NCBI RefSeq assembly: GCF_964204865.1
Contig: NC_135262.1
Location: 6,572,001 to 6,636,000 of the forward strand
Length of the DNA: 64,000 nucleotides
Source of the DNA: Styela clava
Lineage: Eukaryota
Direction of reading: 5' to 3'
The notes beneath the pieces are model-generated. The model was not told the DNA's origin and did not search any database. It saw only the letters and a list, made by a program, of their open reading frames with translations. This document shows positions 51,184 through 64,000 of this stretch, one piece after another. Each line of letters begins with the position of its first letter. The stretch's first letter is position 1. The translations under genes were made by a program, and so were the position numbers.

Positions 51184-54100
51184 ATGGCAGACGGAGCACC
51201 ACCCAACAAACGTCCAAAGACTGATGGAGGTGAGAAAATTTTTCTTTTTTCGTCGTTTTTACGAAATTTTAATCATTCTGCACTTCGTTTTACATTTCCA
51301 ATGAGTTACACTTTCAATTGTTCTCCTTTCCAAATTTGTAATAAATAATCATATTTTACTTTTATATAGATTATCCACCTCACATGAATATGGTTTCTCA
51401 CATATTTTTTTACATCAAATCTTATTTTTCAGATCTTTCATCCATCTTGGAAGGCCAACTTCCAGATGATCTAATATCTAGTTCCTCGAGTATGATGCCT
51501 TCAAACAATGGATTTGGATTACCAACTAGTCAGACATCATCTCAATCGTCACAAGGGAGCTCATCGGTTCTCTCACCTCATCCTGTGCCCACCAATGCGG
51601 CACTTCCAGCTTCGGGAATACAATCGCGAAAGCAATTGACCAAACTTTTACAATCACATAACTCACCGAAACATGCACAGACTTCACCAAGCAGTAGCTT
51701 CACCAATAGCCCCCGACCTCCACAACCCACACATCCTCATCCCAGTCCATTGAGTACGGGGCAGAACTCCATGCAGAGTCCAACTGCGGGTCAAATGGCT
51801 GCTGTTATGAACAGTATGAAATCGCCGCAAACAGCGTTACCCAGGCCAAACAGTAGGCCCAGCAGTGCCATTAACGCAACCCCATCTCCCCGACCAGTCT
51901 CATTACCCGGTGGGACGATGAACATCACACCTATTAGTAATTCTCCCATTGCAATTTCTATGACAAATCAAATGCGGAATAATTCTATGGTATTCAGTCA
52001 GCCAAGCGTGAACTCTCACGGTATGGTGCTATCCGGGTCTAATCAAGACAAACTCATAGTCACTAACGGAGGTGGAAGGCCGATTCAAGGGATGCAAAAT
52101 GTAGGCAATGATTTTTCAAATGACTTAGGTATGGGACAGATGAATGCCACAGGTCAGATGATGAATCAACCGCAAGGCAATTATATACCACAACCTCGAA
52201 TGCAGCAACAAGTAGGTTTATTTCCTTTTTTTTTTCGAAATTCCGTCAAATTTACAAAAGGGGAATTGAAAAAAATAATAATGTTTTTGATATCAAAATA
52301 AGAGTTACGAGAGCTTGTCAAGATTCTGAGTCTGCCCTTCAATTTGGTAGATAGGTAGTAATCTCTCTCTGAAATACCCAAAACAGTTCAGCATTCTAAT
52401 AAATATACCTGTTTAACCGATATTTACAACCAATTTTCATAGATTGGTCCAATGCACTCCATGAGCTCTTCAATGAACACTTTCGGACAGAATGTTACAA
52501 ATATGTCTGGAGGTCCACGGCAAATGCAAGTGAATCCTGCTGCTTTTAATGATACATCGATACCCAGGCCTCCATCGGTAAATTGTGTTTTGTAGTTTGA
52601 TATGCTTTCACTGTAGTCGGAGTCTTATTTTCAGTCTGGACGGAGTTATCATGAGTCGAAATATAGGACTTTAGTGATAAAAAAAGTCAAAATTCCCACA
52701 AAAATTCGAAAAGCACCCTAGGGTTGCATACAATTAAAATTTATTTTCAACTAATTTGGAGCTGGAACCTAAATCAGAATATTTAACAACTGGAGTCGAA
52801 ATCAATTTTTTTTAACCAGGTGCCACAGTCAAGTATAAATTTTCCTCAAATCCACAGCCCTGACCATTGCTAAGTATTGGATTTTTTATTTAAAATTGTA
52901 GATTTTTATCATTTCTTCTTGTCTCAGAATATGAACATGACGCAAGATGGAAACATCATGCAGAATCGCCTAAACGACGGTGTTTCCGTCAATATGGATG
53001 GATCGATGATGATCGGGGATAAGAACGACACCATGCAGATGATGCAAACGCAGAGAGTAAATAACATTGGAATCCAAAACATGCAACGAATGCAAAATGC
53101 AAAACGACTCACTCCGAATATGCAGCCCCACCCCACTTCTCAGGTAAAATGTCTGTCTCTCTTCAGATGCTAGTTTTTTTCACGAGCACACATAAAGCAA
53201 ATCTCTCCAAGTCGTTTTCCGACTCCAATTTTCAATTTTTCAACCTTTTTTATTCAGGTTCAAGACATAAATGTGAACATGTCATTGCCAGATACTAATC
53301 AAGTGCACATGCAGCCGCAATCGTTACCAAATATACAACAAAATCATATCGGAGTTGGTCAAATACAACAGGTACATATTTTCTATCTTCCAAATGCCTC
53401 AGTTTCAATTTTACAGTGTAACATGCCCTTTTTCGATTTTTCAGCAGCACACGGGTGGGCCAGACCAGATGGGCCAAATGCAAGTGAAAAATCCAAACGC
53501 CACGGGCGCATCGGCAACGTCGGCAGATCCTGAAAAACGTAGACTTATCCAACAACAATTAGTTTTGTTATTGCATGCATATAAATGCGCTAAAAAAGAG
53601 GTTAGTTGAATATGAAGATGGTTTTTGTCACATTTCTCCGTTGTCGATTTTTATTTAATTATGATCTGATATGTTTTTAGCATAGCGGTGATGCAACAAA
53701 TTGCGCGCTTCCACATTGTCGGACAATGAAAGAGGTATTACGGCACATGAACGTTTGCAACCAGGGAAAGTCATGTCAAGGTGAATTTTCATTATAGCTC
53801 AGTGCGAAGCGTTTTATATATGATTCATCTAAGGCCATTCCAAGTTTCGCTCATCTTTTTTAAGTATTTTCCATAAGATAACTGATTTATTTTTTTTACA
53901 GTTGCTCATTGCGCTTCTTCGAGGCAAATCATTGCCCACTGGAGGGCATGCGACAGGAACGATTGCGTCATCTGCCTTCCATTGAAGAGTGTTCCAAACA
54001 CCAACAATCCAACTAACGTTGGTGGTCCCACAGTGCCAAACCAACTTCAGCAGCCGAGATGGCAAAATCCGGTGTCACAAATTGGTGAATCTTCAGTCTC

Positions 54101-57100
54101 GACAGCCACAGGACTTCCTGGCGCTGGGACATCGTCAGGTCCACCATACACAGGGAATTTTAATGGTGAATAAACCGAACAGACCAATGTTTTCAATACA
54201 TTCTAAATTGTCGTTTTGAATGTATTATAAAATATCTTCTAAATTGGCATATATGTCAATGCATATACACTTTATGAGATAGATAATGAAATGATGGCTT
54301 TTATATTTTTTAGAAACTATTCAAAGAGTTTTTTGGTCATTCCGTGAGATATCAATTTCCGGAAGAATTCAAGAATAAAAATATGATTTGAATATTCAAT
54401 TGGGAATCCTTATTGGGAAATATCATATTTTTGAAATTTTGAGTAAATTGTGGAAATATCTTCCCTTTTTTATTTTTCAGATCCTACTCTTCATTTGAAC
54501 AATTCAAATGTACCCGATCCGTTTGCTGGTCTGCCGAACGGACTTGCACCAAATCAAGTTGGTCCCATGAGGTATGTCATAGTATATAAAGATTTAATAT
54601 TATCTTGATTCGTCTTTTCATTCTTTTAACCATTATAACCTCTTGTTTTAAGTCGTGTTAACTTCGGTGAAAATTTATTTCACGCTCCGAGAGTCGATAG
54701 AGAATGGCATAAAGATGTCAAAGAAGAACTAAGGAATCATCTGGTTCAAAAATTGTGAGTTTGACATTTACTTGTGTAATAATTACATTTAGGCTCCGAA
54801 AATAGCGATGCAGCCCCATAAACCAGTATTGGTTTTTCTGTGTCGACCCTGAAATGCCATTCTTGATTTCTGGAATATCTTCAAAAAAATAATTTTATTT
54901 TCAGGGTGCAAGCCATCTTTCCATCACCCCAAAAAGTTTCACTGACTGATGAGAGGATGAAAAAACTTGTTCATTTTGCAAGGAAAGTGGAAGGAGACAT
55001 GTACGAACAAGCAAATAATAGGGTAAATATACTATCACTGATCGTACCTATTACTCCATTAAAACAGCCTGTTTTCTGTTATACTATTTTTATTTGTAAC
55101 TCTTTGTATTCAGAGCGAGTATTACCATCTTCTAGCGGAGAAAATTTATAAAATTCAGAAAGAATTGGAAGAAAAACGAGCAATGAGGATGAGAAGGCCA
55201 GGTGGTCCCAGAATGAATATGGGTATGGTTTTTTTTGAGGACTCTGAAAAAGTGGACAAAAGTGCATTTTGAAGTCGGTCTGATCTCTCAATAACCAATT
55301 CTCATAATTTTCTTTAGCGCCAAATGGTCCAATGGCAGTTCAGAACCAAGGTATGCAGATGCAACGTGACCCCGCCATGGGTATGATGCAAACCGGCGGG
55401 GTCAGGATGCCAGGTGTCGGAGGCATGAATGGCCCCCAACATGGAATGCCAGGTGGGGTTCGCTTTGGACCACCCGGTACTAATGTATCTTCTGCGCAAG
55501 GAAAAGTGCTGGAGAACATGCTTGTTGGAGCCCCCATGTCACATAATCACACCAATGATGAGTATCCTATGAATCCAATGATTAAACAGGTTGGTTGATT
55601 GATTTTTACCGTTTTTACCGAGCAGTGGCTATTATTTACAGAGCCATGTTCACAGTGAATAGCATACAAAGCGTAAAGAACTCATCTTGTACCTCAGTAG
55701 TTCTCAAACTTTTACTGACTGTGTACTACCTTTGGGTTTTTTACTCTTGGCTGCGTACCACCTACACAACCCCCTTCTGGGGTGAGGAACAATGGCACAA
55801 GAATGAGCTATGGAAAGATTTTATGTGGCACTACGTCCATTTTACACCTTCGTATAAAGTTTCAACGTATCAATTTTATGCTGTAACAACGTATTAATTA
55901 CGTGCAAAGTTGCGAGAGAATTTGCAACATCTGTCGTCAGAGCTGAGAGGCTTTGATTATCGGTTCATTTTAGGTGGCAGTAGCTGGCGAGGGCAATCCC
56001 AGGACAACTGGTAGCGCTATGAACCTGTTCAGCGAATACATATAGTATGGAAGATAAAAAGTTGTCGCCATATTTCAGCCAACTCACAAGTTAATTGTTG
56101 CAATAATTAAAACTGCTCGCGTGCCACTGTAAAAGCTTTCGTGCCACATGTTGAGAAGAGAACCACTCGTGTACATGTTCTTTTAAGATTTTTCTTTTCG
56201 ATTAGAGTTCCATGTCCTGGTGTGCTAGACTTTTGATTAAATAAGAAATTTTTTATTTTTGTTAACCAAGCAAATTTATTGTTGCGTGTAAATTAATTTA
56301 TACAATGTATGAAAAATGGTAGTTTAAATTTTTTTGGATTTTCATCATATATTCATATTCAGTTTCAGCAAGCGAAAGATGAGATTCGTCTTCAACTAGA
56401 TGATGCATCTCCGGTGACCCATGTAGACGGCAGAAATTCAGGAATTAATACTAATATACAGCCATTCAATCAAAACAATGCTTTACAGGTACAATTTATG
56501 CTGAATCTTACGAGTTTGTCTCTCTCAATCATGACGGATACATCTTTAGTTTTTATTCTTTTTTTTTTATATATTTTCTTATCATGATAAATCATTTTCA
56601 GGATTCATCTACAATGAACAACAATATGACAGATAACTTAGATGGTTTTCCGCAGCCACAACAGGACATCAAACCTAATATGGGCTCTCAGAACTCCGTC
56701 GATGGTATGCTAGGAGTTCAGAGGTCAACTGGAATGCAAGACCCCATGTCCAGAACACAATCGAATTTTAACAACCAAAAACCTGTTTCGTCGCGGCCGA
56801 GACTGGAAAAGCTTCTCCGAGAGACAGCACCTTCCTCTATTATGGACAGCGTCTCAGCGACGTCTGGTTTTTTGCCAATGTCCAATAACAACAGTTATAT
56901 CAATTCAGATCCGAGCAAAAATCAAATCTCTCAGCATCAGAAGGTATTTCCGAACGAAAGCGACCAATCGCAGCATCCCGCTTCTCTGAAAGAAATTTTA
57001 GAAGGCGGGTCATCTACCAATACAATTACTTCCGACGCTTCTTCAGTTGGGTCCTTCGTATCTCCCTCTAACGCATCCGCAGCACCTTTTGTTAGCAAGC

Positions 57101-60100
57101 CCCAGCCTATCGGATCCAAAGATACTCCAAGCAATAATAATTCGAGTCTTGTACCTTCCAATGGATTCAACGTATCAAATATCAAATCGGAGATGGGGGG
57201 TAAAGGCGGAAAGGTAATTTGATTTTTCCTTCTTTAATATTTTTGAAATATTCAAAAAGGTGGTTAAATCAATATCATTTTACAGTAAATTTCCTTCGAA
57301 TTTATAAGTGATATATTTTTTCTTGTAGCCCATTGGAATGGAAGCGTCAGATTCTACTCCGTTAGTAAAAACGGAACCTCAGGATCAAGGTTTCGGGTCA
57401 ACGGGAAAACCGGGTTGGTCTCCTTCCGTCTCGTCCAACACTGAGGTCAAGGTAAGTCTATGCTGGAATTATTGAAGGTTTGAGATCACAGGTTCGAATC
57501 CGAGTTAGTATATGATTAGAAGAACCTCCACATCACATAGGATAAAAGAAATTCGATATTTCAGACCAGAAAAATATTGGGTATATTTCCCTATTGCACT
57601 CCTAACAAGATCTTGAGTAGGCAGATGCTAAGAAATGTCTAGAAAGATCAATATTGGGTACTCCCGAAGTATATGAACCATGTGTACCAGGTTAGGGTTT
57701 GGCCATAATTTCAGGTGCAAATACTATAGGAGTCACTTGGCTATTCCTGAACTCGTATTAGAACTAAAGAAAATTGGAACAAAATTATGGCCTAACCCTA
57801 ACCTGGTACTCATACTACGTTCCGGTTTCCGCCATCTTGGTTCACATACTTCGGGAGTACCAAATACTGATCTTTTTAGACATTTCTTAGCAGTTGCCTA
57901 CTCAAAATTTTGTTAGGAGTGTAATAGGAAAACTTCATAAAGATGGAATGAAACTTTTTTAACAACATCCGTAGTTGCTTGCTCTGTGCCTCGTTAGGAG
58001 TAAAAAAGGGAAAGTTCATAATGATGGAATGTTGATTTTTATTACCGCAGAAAATTTTATACCAACGTTTCGTTTATTTTCAGATGGAACCGAGCGATCA
58101 TTTTGCTGCGACCCCGTCTCCAGCACCTACTCAGAGTTCATCGAATCATGATCCCTTCGTAAAACAAGAAAGCGTATCGTCATCGGGTGAACCAAGAAAG
58201 GTTTCAAGAAAAGGTAATGTACATGTCGTCATATATAGGTTATAAAATGGATTTGGTAAAAATAAATTAGCTAAGGGTCCGCCCATTTTACTACTAATCG
58301 ACGAATGATACAATGTACATTCTAGTCATGGTGTTGAAATGTAGTGAAAGAGTCCAAAAACCAAATCAAAATTTCATTTTCTTCCTTGGATTCAATTTTT
58401 TTTTTATAATCCAATTTCACAATAATTTAATTTACAATTTTTATAAGACATGCAATTCCTCATAATATGACTCTTTTTTTCGCAGTGTTTGAACCTCAAG
58501 AATTGAAAGTGGGATTGTTGCCTATCGTTGAAAAATTATACAAACAAGAACCAGAAGCTCTTCCATTCAGACAACCAGTCGATCCCGAGAAACTTAACAT
58601 TCCGGTTTGTATTTTTTATATTTCATCCAGTGTTGGCTAGAAGTTCCCAAACCTAAAAGTCGTGACTCAAGTTGAGACTCGAGTTATCAGAGTCGAGACT
58701 CAAGTTGAGACTCGAGTTATCAGAGTCGTGACTCAAGTTGAGACTCAAGTTATCAGAGTCGTGACTCAAGTTGAGACTCGAGTTGTCAGAGTCGTGACTC
58801 AAGTTGAGACTCTCAAGTTGAGACTTGAGTTATCAGAGTCGTGACTCAAGTTGAGACTCGAGTTATCAGAGTCGTGACTCAAGTTGAGACTCGAGTTATC
58901 AGAGTCGTGACTCAAGTCGAGACTCTAGTTATCAGAGTCAGGACTCAAGTTGAGACTCGAGTTATCAGAGTCTTGTTTCAAGTCGAGACTCGAGTTATCA
59001 GAGTCTTGGTTCAAGTCGAGACTCGAGTTATCAGAGTCGGGACTCAAGTCAAGACTCCTGATATCTGAGTCGTTGTGTGTCTCTGACGTACCTAAATGAG
59101 TAATCTTGGGTTTTCCTTATTCAGGATTATTTTGACATTGTGACGGAGCCCATGGATCTGGCATCGATTCGTAAAAATCTGGAAACTGGGAAATACAAGG
59201 AACCTTGGGAATTCATTAGCGACATTTGGCTCATGTTTAACAATGCTTGGCTGTACAATCGACGGACAACGCGAGTTTACAAGTATTGTTCAAAATTGAA
59301 AGAGATTTTTGAAGCGGAAATAGACCCGGTCATGCAAAGCCTCGGATATTGCTGTGGAAGAAAGGTGGGTTAAAACATTTGATTGAACTAAAAAAAAACT
59401 TTTTTTTGTTTACTTTCACTGGGGAGTAGCAGGCCAAATCCAGATACCTTATCATTTCAATTATATTATCAAAATTTGAATTTGCAACTGTGAGAAAATT
59501 AGGATGAATTTTTTTTTAATATTATAAAATTTCAGAAATTAGATGAAGGCCCTCGCGCCCTCAATGTGACATTCCAATTGTTTAATGTGATATTCTTTCA
59601 AATAAATTAATTTTAAATTATCCCTAAAATTTGTAATATTGATTATTTTTCCAGTTGGAGTTTATGCCGATGACGCTGTGCTGTTATGGAAAGCAACTTT
59701 GTACTATTCCAACTGGTGCCGTCTACTATGACTATCAGAATAGGTAAGATAGTTGAAGTAGTGTTACTTGTTATTAGGGCTCTGGGGTTGTCTTCAATGG
59801 AGTGTGGGCAGGAGTTAAAATTTCACTCTCCCCGTGTTCGAGATTGTAGACTTTTGTGACGAAATAACTCAAAATTGTTTATGCTTTCTTAAAAGTCTTT
59901 TGAAGACGGTTTGCATACGCCAAAGTCCGTTCTCATAATCTGATTTTTCCGGAGCTAGGGTCAAAATAAATTTTAACCTGGAATCGGGCTCAAACTCTAA
60001 AATTGATTGTAGTTTTTCTTCAGCTTAACAGCCATGCTAGTTTAAGTAGGATGATAACGCTATTGACGCTACTTTTTACTTTTCAGATACGACTACTGTG

Positions 60101-63100
60101 AAAAATGCTTTAACGACATTAATGGTGACGTGATTTCGTTAGCAGACGATCCGAGCAAACCCCAGTCATCCATGACGTAAGTCGACATAAATTTTTTCGT
60201 ATTTCATCTTTATCCCTCAAATACTTTCACATTAATTTTCCCCTTTTTCTATTTTAGAACAATACCAAAGAGTCAATTCGAAAAGAAGAAAAATGATGTA
60301 CTCGACTCGGAGCCGTTTGAAATTTGTCAGGAATGTGGAAGGAAAATGCACAAGATATGTGTACTACACATGTCTCCTATATGGCCTGAAGGGTAATTTT
60401 AGATTTTTGAGTCTCACTAGATTACTTTTATGCCACATATATCAGAAGTTTGTAACAGAGCTCGCCCATATTGTTTGGCAAATCTTTATCGAATTATATT
60501 TAGGTGCGATAGTCTATCGGTTCAAAGGGGGGGCTGACATTTACAATAACAAAAGTATTTCAAGATATGAAAAATTGTTATGTATGGTACAGAAAAAAAA
60601 AATTTATTTTCACGTTTCAAAAGGGGGGTCCTGAACCTCCCCTCCTGGCTATGTCCCTGGTGAGCTTTAGACTTGACGGTATTGGCATCGCAGACTTACC
60701 CAGTGTCTAATAAATTGGATAGACAATGTCGGATCTGAAAGTTTCAGCTTTTTCCAAAAAAATAATATCGGCTGACATATCGTTAAATGTCAGTGCATTG
60801 TTAAAAGTATCACATGTGAAATTCATTTTTTTAATTGTCCTATTTTGACATAGATTTACATGTGACGATTGTCTGTCGAAACGAGGAGCCCAACGTAAAC
60901 CTAATCGCTACGTCGGTGTGAAATTGCCTCAAAACAAGCTAGGTGAACACATCGAACGCAGAGTTAACAATTACATCAAGCGAAACGACTCTACCGGAGA
61001 AGCAGGACACGTTCATATACGAGTCGTCTATAGCGGAGATAAAACGGTTGAAGTTCGCTCCGGAATGAAAACTAAGTAAGTATTTCAATAACATACTGAT
61101 ATTACACTCAATTGGCAATGACACTTTTTTTTTAGCTGTCATCTGTCAAATATGTTAACGCAATGTGTCCCTAAACCTAATTTATATTCAAAGAATTCTT
61201 TGGAAAGAATCATATTAGGATTTATGGTTTGATACTAAATTCGGAGAAATATAATTTTTTTTGGAAAAAAATAATATTTTTTTTTCAACTTTTCTACTTA
61301 GATTTGTTGATACTAAAGAAATGCCTGAAACGTTTCCTTATCGAGCAAAAGCATTTTTCGCATTTGAAGAAATTGACGGCGTCGACGTTTGTTTCTTTGG
61401 CGTACATGTGCAGGTGAATGACTGAAATATTGCATTTATTTTTAGGCATTGCTATATTGGGTACTCCCGTAGTGTGTACCAGGTTAGGGTTAGGCCGTAA
61501 TTTTATTCTGATTTTCCTTATTTTAGTTCTTTTCCGAGTTTGGGGACTGTCCCTGTTAGCCAAGTGAATATACCCCCTACCCATAGGTTTCAGTCCCTTT
61601 ACACAACTTTATGTCAAATAGGGGATTGTTACACACACTCCTGGAGCTATTATTATTTTTGTGAATAAAAACCTTTTGTTTTCAACTTTTCACAGGAATA
61701 CGGCTCTGATGCTCCAAAACCCAATCAACGACGAGTTTATCTCTCTTACCTCGATTCAGTTCATTTCTTTCGACCGAGGCATCTGCGTACTGCGGTATAT
61801 CATGAAATTTTGATTGGATATTTCGAATACTGTAAAAACCTCGGGTACGATTTCATTTTCTTTTTTATCTTTGATCAAAAGTTATTTGAAATTTAGGTTA
61901 TTATGAATTATGTTCCTCAAATCTGTATTTTTATTTATTTCGTTCATAATAGGTACGAATTTGCTCACATATGGGCCTGTCCTCCTTGTGAGGGAGATGA
62001 TTATATCTTCCACTGCCATCCACAGGAACAAAAAATTCCCAAGCCAAAACGACTACAGGACTGGTACAAGAAAATGCTTGATAAAGCCATAGTAAGTTAT
62101 TGATATTCATCATTGAGTAATGCTTCGCTGGCGATTAGTGCTTGTCAAGAATGATACATTTCAAATTAAGATTACTGAAGTTGAGCAGAGTCAATGACTC
62201 GATTTGAGTTGAGTCAATGACTCGATTTGAGTTGAGTCGATGACTCGATTTGGGTAGAGTCAATGATTGATTTGAGTAGAGTCGATGACTCGATGTGAGT
62301 AGGGTCAATGACTCAATTTGAGTAGAGTCGATGACTCGACTTGAGTAGAGTCAATGACTCGATTTGAGTAGAGCCAATGACTCAATCCCATTAACGCTAG
62401 GTAGGAAAATCATCACTTGACTGATACACTGTTTCCAAATACATCTCCAAAGGTCTTTAATACACTATACAATCAATGTAGGATATTCAGTGCCCCGAAC
62501 CAATATGACTATAATTTTGACAGAAACGAATCCGAGTTGCTCAAAATAACTTGAAATTGTTTTTTGACATGTTTTCAATATTATAATTTTATATGTTTGA
62601 TATTTATTAATAAACAAAACTTATCCACCAGAGTGAACAAGTTATCATCGACTACAAAGACATATTTCATCAAGCCAAGGAAGACAGGCTTCAGTCTGCA
62701 AGGGAACTACCGTACTTCGAGGGCGATTTCTGGCCCAACGTATTGGAAGAAAGCATAAAAGAAATTGAACAGGAAGAAGAGGATAGAAAACAAGCAGAAG
62801 CTAGTGAACAGGCAGCTGCGGAAGAGGTGAATTGAATATTTAAATTTTGACATTTCATAGTCTGCAACCGGCAACCTATTTTTAAATATTGTGTGTCGAG
62901 AGCATTTTTGGGTTTCTTATTTTACTGCCTAATTAAGTATATACATCAAGAGTCTGAATTATGACTCCAAATTATAATAAAAACACGCCAATCTCAGCAG
63001 GATTGCTCATATTTAAATTATTACATCATCAATATGGATATTTCAATTTTAAATCGTCAACCAAAATCACTACTATTATTCATTACTAGAGAAATTCAAC

Positions 63101-64000
63101 AGTTACTGTAGGACTATGGCCAAACTTGATCTGTGACACTAAATTTTTCCCTCTCCGACCCCGGGGTCTTGATCACGCTCTAATTGTTACCCCCTTTTAT
63201 CTAATCCAAAATCGTTATATTTCATATTCTTCTCCCTGTTCGACACAATCAGGCCCTCTTATTCAAGTTTTCACCCCTCCAATCCCAGTCTGACAGTGGT
63301 GGAAATAATAACTCGAAAAATGGAAAAAACAAAAAATCGAAGAAAGCCAACATCAAGAAAACTTCACAAAGAACTACGAAGAAGAAATTACCGCAAGTCA
63401 TGAATGACCTGTCCGATAAACTTTATCAAATTATGGAAAAACACAAAGAGGTTAGTCTGCATTTTTTTATCTCTTGTTCGAAGGTAAATCCACTAGAATA
63501 AAATAGGAAATACTAATTGAATAATGTTTATCTCAATTATTCGTCATAAACAAATTTGATTTCCGATTGTCTTCAAGAATTTCTTTTGTGGAACAGACCC
63601 ATTTCGGAATATATTCGATATTTCATGTCCGAAATTTTAGAATGTATTCGAAATACCAAATTATTCGGTTTTTGGCCATCATCACCCGCGGTCGCCGTAC
63701 TGATACCTACTGCATAATTGAAAATTAAATTCATACATTTCATTGAACGTTCATATATGTGCAATGCTAAAGCATATAATTCTCAAGAAGTTCAGTTGTT
63801 AAATAATTTCATTTCTAAGCATTCATTTGGGTAATCATTTATTATTTGTATATCATACAGGTATTTTTTGTTATCCGCCTTCAATCTGTCGAAATGATCA
63901 GCAAAATGGGACCTACTGTTGACCCTGACCCAACCATGCAGTGTGACCTGATGGACGGAAGAGATGCATTCTTAACACTCGCTCGCGAAAAACATTACGA
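51184..64000 (+). CDS. CREBBP: CREB-binding protein / p300 histone acetyltransferase (KAT3), 3' truncated by window edge
   Basis: Exons 51184-51229, 51433-52211, 52443-52577, 52928-53143, 53258-53371, 53445-53600, 53681-53780, 53902-54165, 54481-54571, 54653-54754, 54905-55022, 55114-55222, 55318-55589, 56363-56488, 56602-57213, 57329-57451, 58084-58213, 58486-58604, 59125-59364, 59655-59743, 60087-60176, 60258-60392, 60854-61075, 61302-61413, 61696-61844, 61953-62091, 62632-62826, 63289-63450, 63861->64000; PPNKRPK NLS, TAZ1 ([12 protein letters not shown]), KIX ([20 protein letters not shown]), bromodomain ([12 protein letters not shown]), RING/PHD, HAT ([25 protein letters not shown]). Co-ortholog of vertebrate CREBBP and EP300. 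Confidence 0.97.
55695..56168. mobile_element. hAT Charlie-like MITE in CBP intron
   Basis: CAGTAGTTCTCAAAC ... GAGAACCACTC; TSD TTGTACCT / GTGTACAT (6/8). Confidence 0.65.
57656..57861. mobile_element. GGGTACTCC-family MITE
   Basis: gggtactcccgaagtat...accaggttagggtttggcc ... ggcctaaccctaacctggt...atacttcgggagtacc. Confidence 0.82.
58657..59070. repeat. 33-bp minisatellite (GTGACTCAAGTTGAGACTCGAGTTATCAGAGTC)n, about 12 copies, intronic
   Basis: Read directly; lies between the two bromodomain exons; gives spurious [11 protein letters not shown] ORFs. Confidence 0.95.
61459..61648. mobile_element. GGGTACTCC-family MITE (long variant)
   Basis: Similar to 28416-28634 including ggttagggttagg and cataggtttcagtccctttacacaact. 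Confidence 0.8.
62182..62386. repeat. 23-bp minisatellite (GAGTCAATGACTCGATTTGAGTA)n, about 9 copies, intronic
   Basis: Units start 62188, 62211, 62234, 62257...; each holds a GAGTC-n3-GACTC palindrome. Confidence 0.92.

Noticed and set aside
57486-57503. GGTTCGAATCC tRNA T-loop/B-box motif
   Set aside because: No cloverleaf stems; matches a SINE head fragment rather than a tRNA gene
58662-59068. ORFs with repeated [11 protein letters not shown]; array could look CRISPR-like
   Set aside because: Head-to-tail minisatellite with no unique spacers, inside a spliceosomal intron; no cas genes; eukaryotic context

Overview
AT-rich eukaryotic (invertebrate, most likely tunicate/ascidian; inferred from gene content, short introns and an operon-like gene pair) genomic DNA. 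All nine supported protein-coding genes lie on the + strand: two intronless, highly divergent G-protein alpha-like genes (5977-7050, 17814-18872) flanking a two-exon F-box/WD40 gene (13261-15439); intronless TMEM230 and PDRG1 separated by only 27 nt; intronless SPRYD7; an intronless tail-anchored Sulfotransfer_4-type gene; a 14-coding-exon ADAM17 (one GC-AG intron); and a CBP/p300 gene with at least 29 coding exons running off the right end. Intergenic DNA and introns carry hAT-type MITEs with 8-bp target-site duplications, a TTAGGG-containing palindromic MITE family, tRNA-like SINE copies and GAGTC/GACTC minisatellites. The best candidates for novel biology are the pair of probable pseudo-GTPase G-alpha proteins around the F-box/WD40 gene and the TMEM230-PDRG1 dicistronic unit. 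All exon boundaries were read by eye and checked for frame; no database searches were run.
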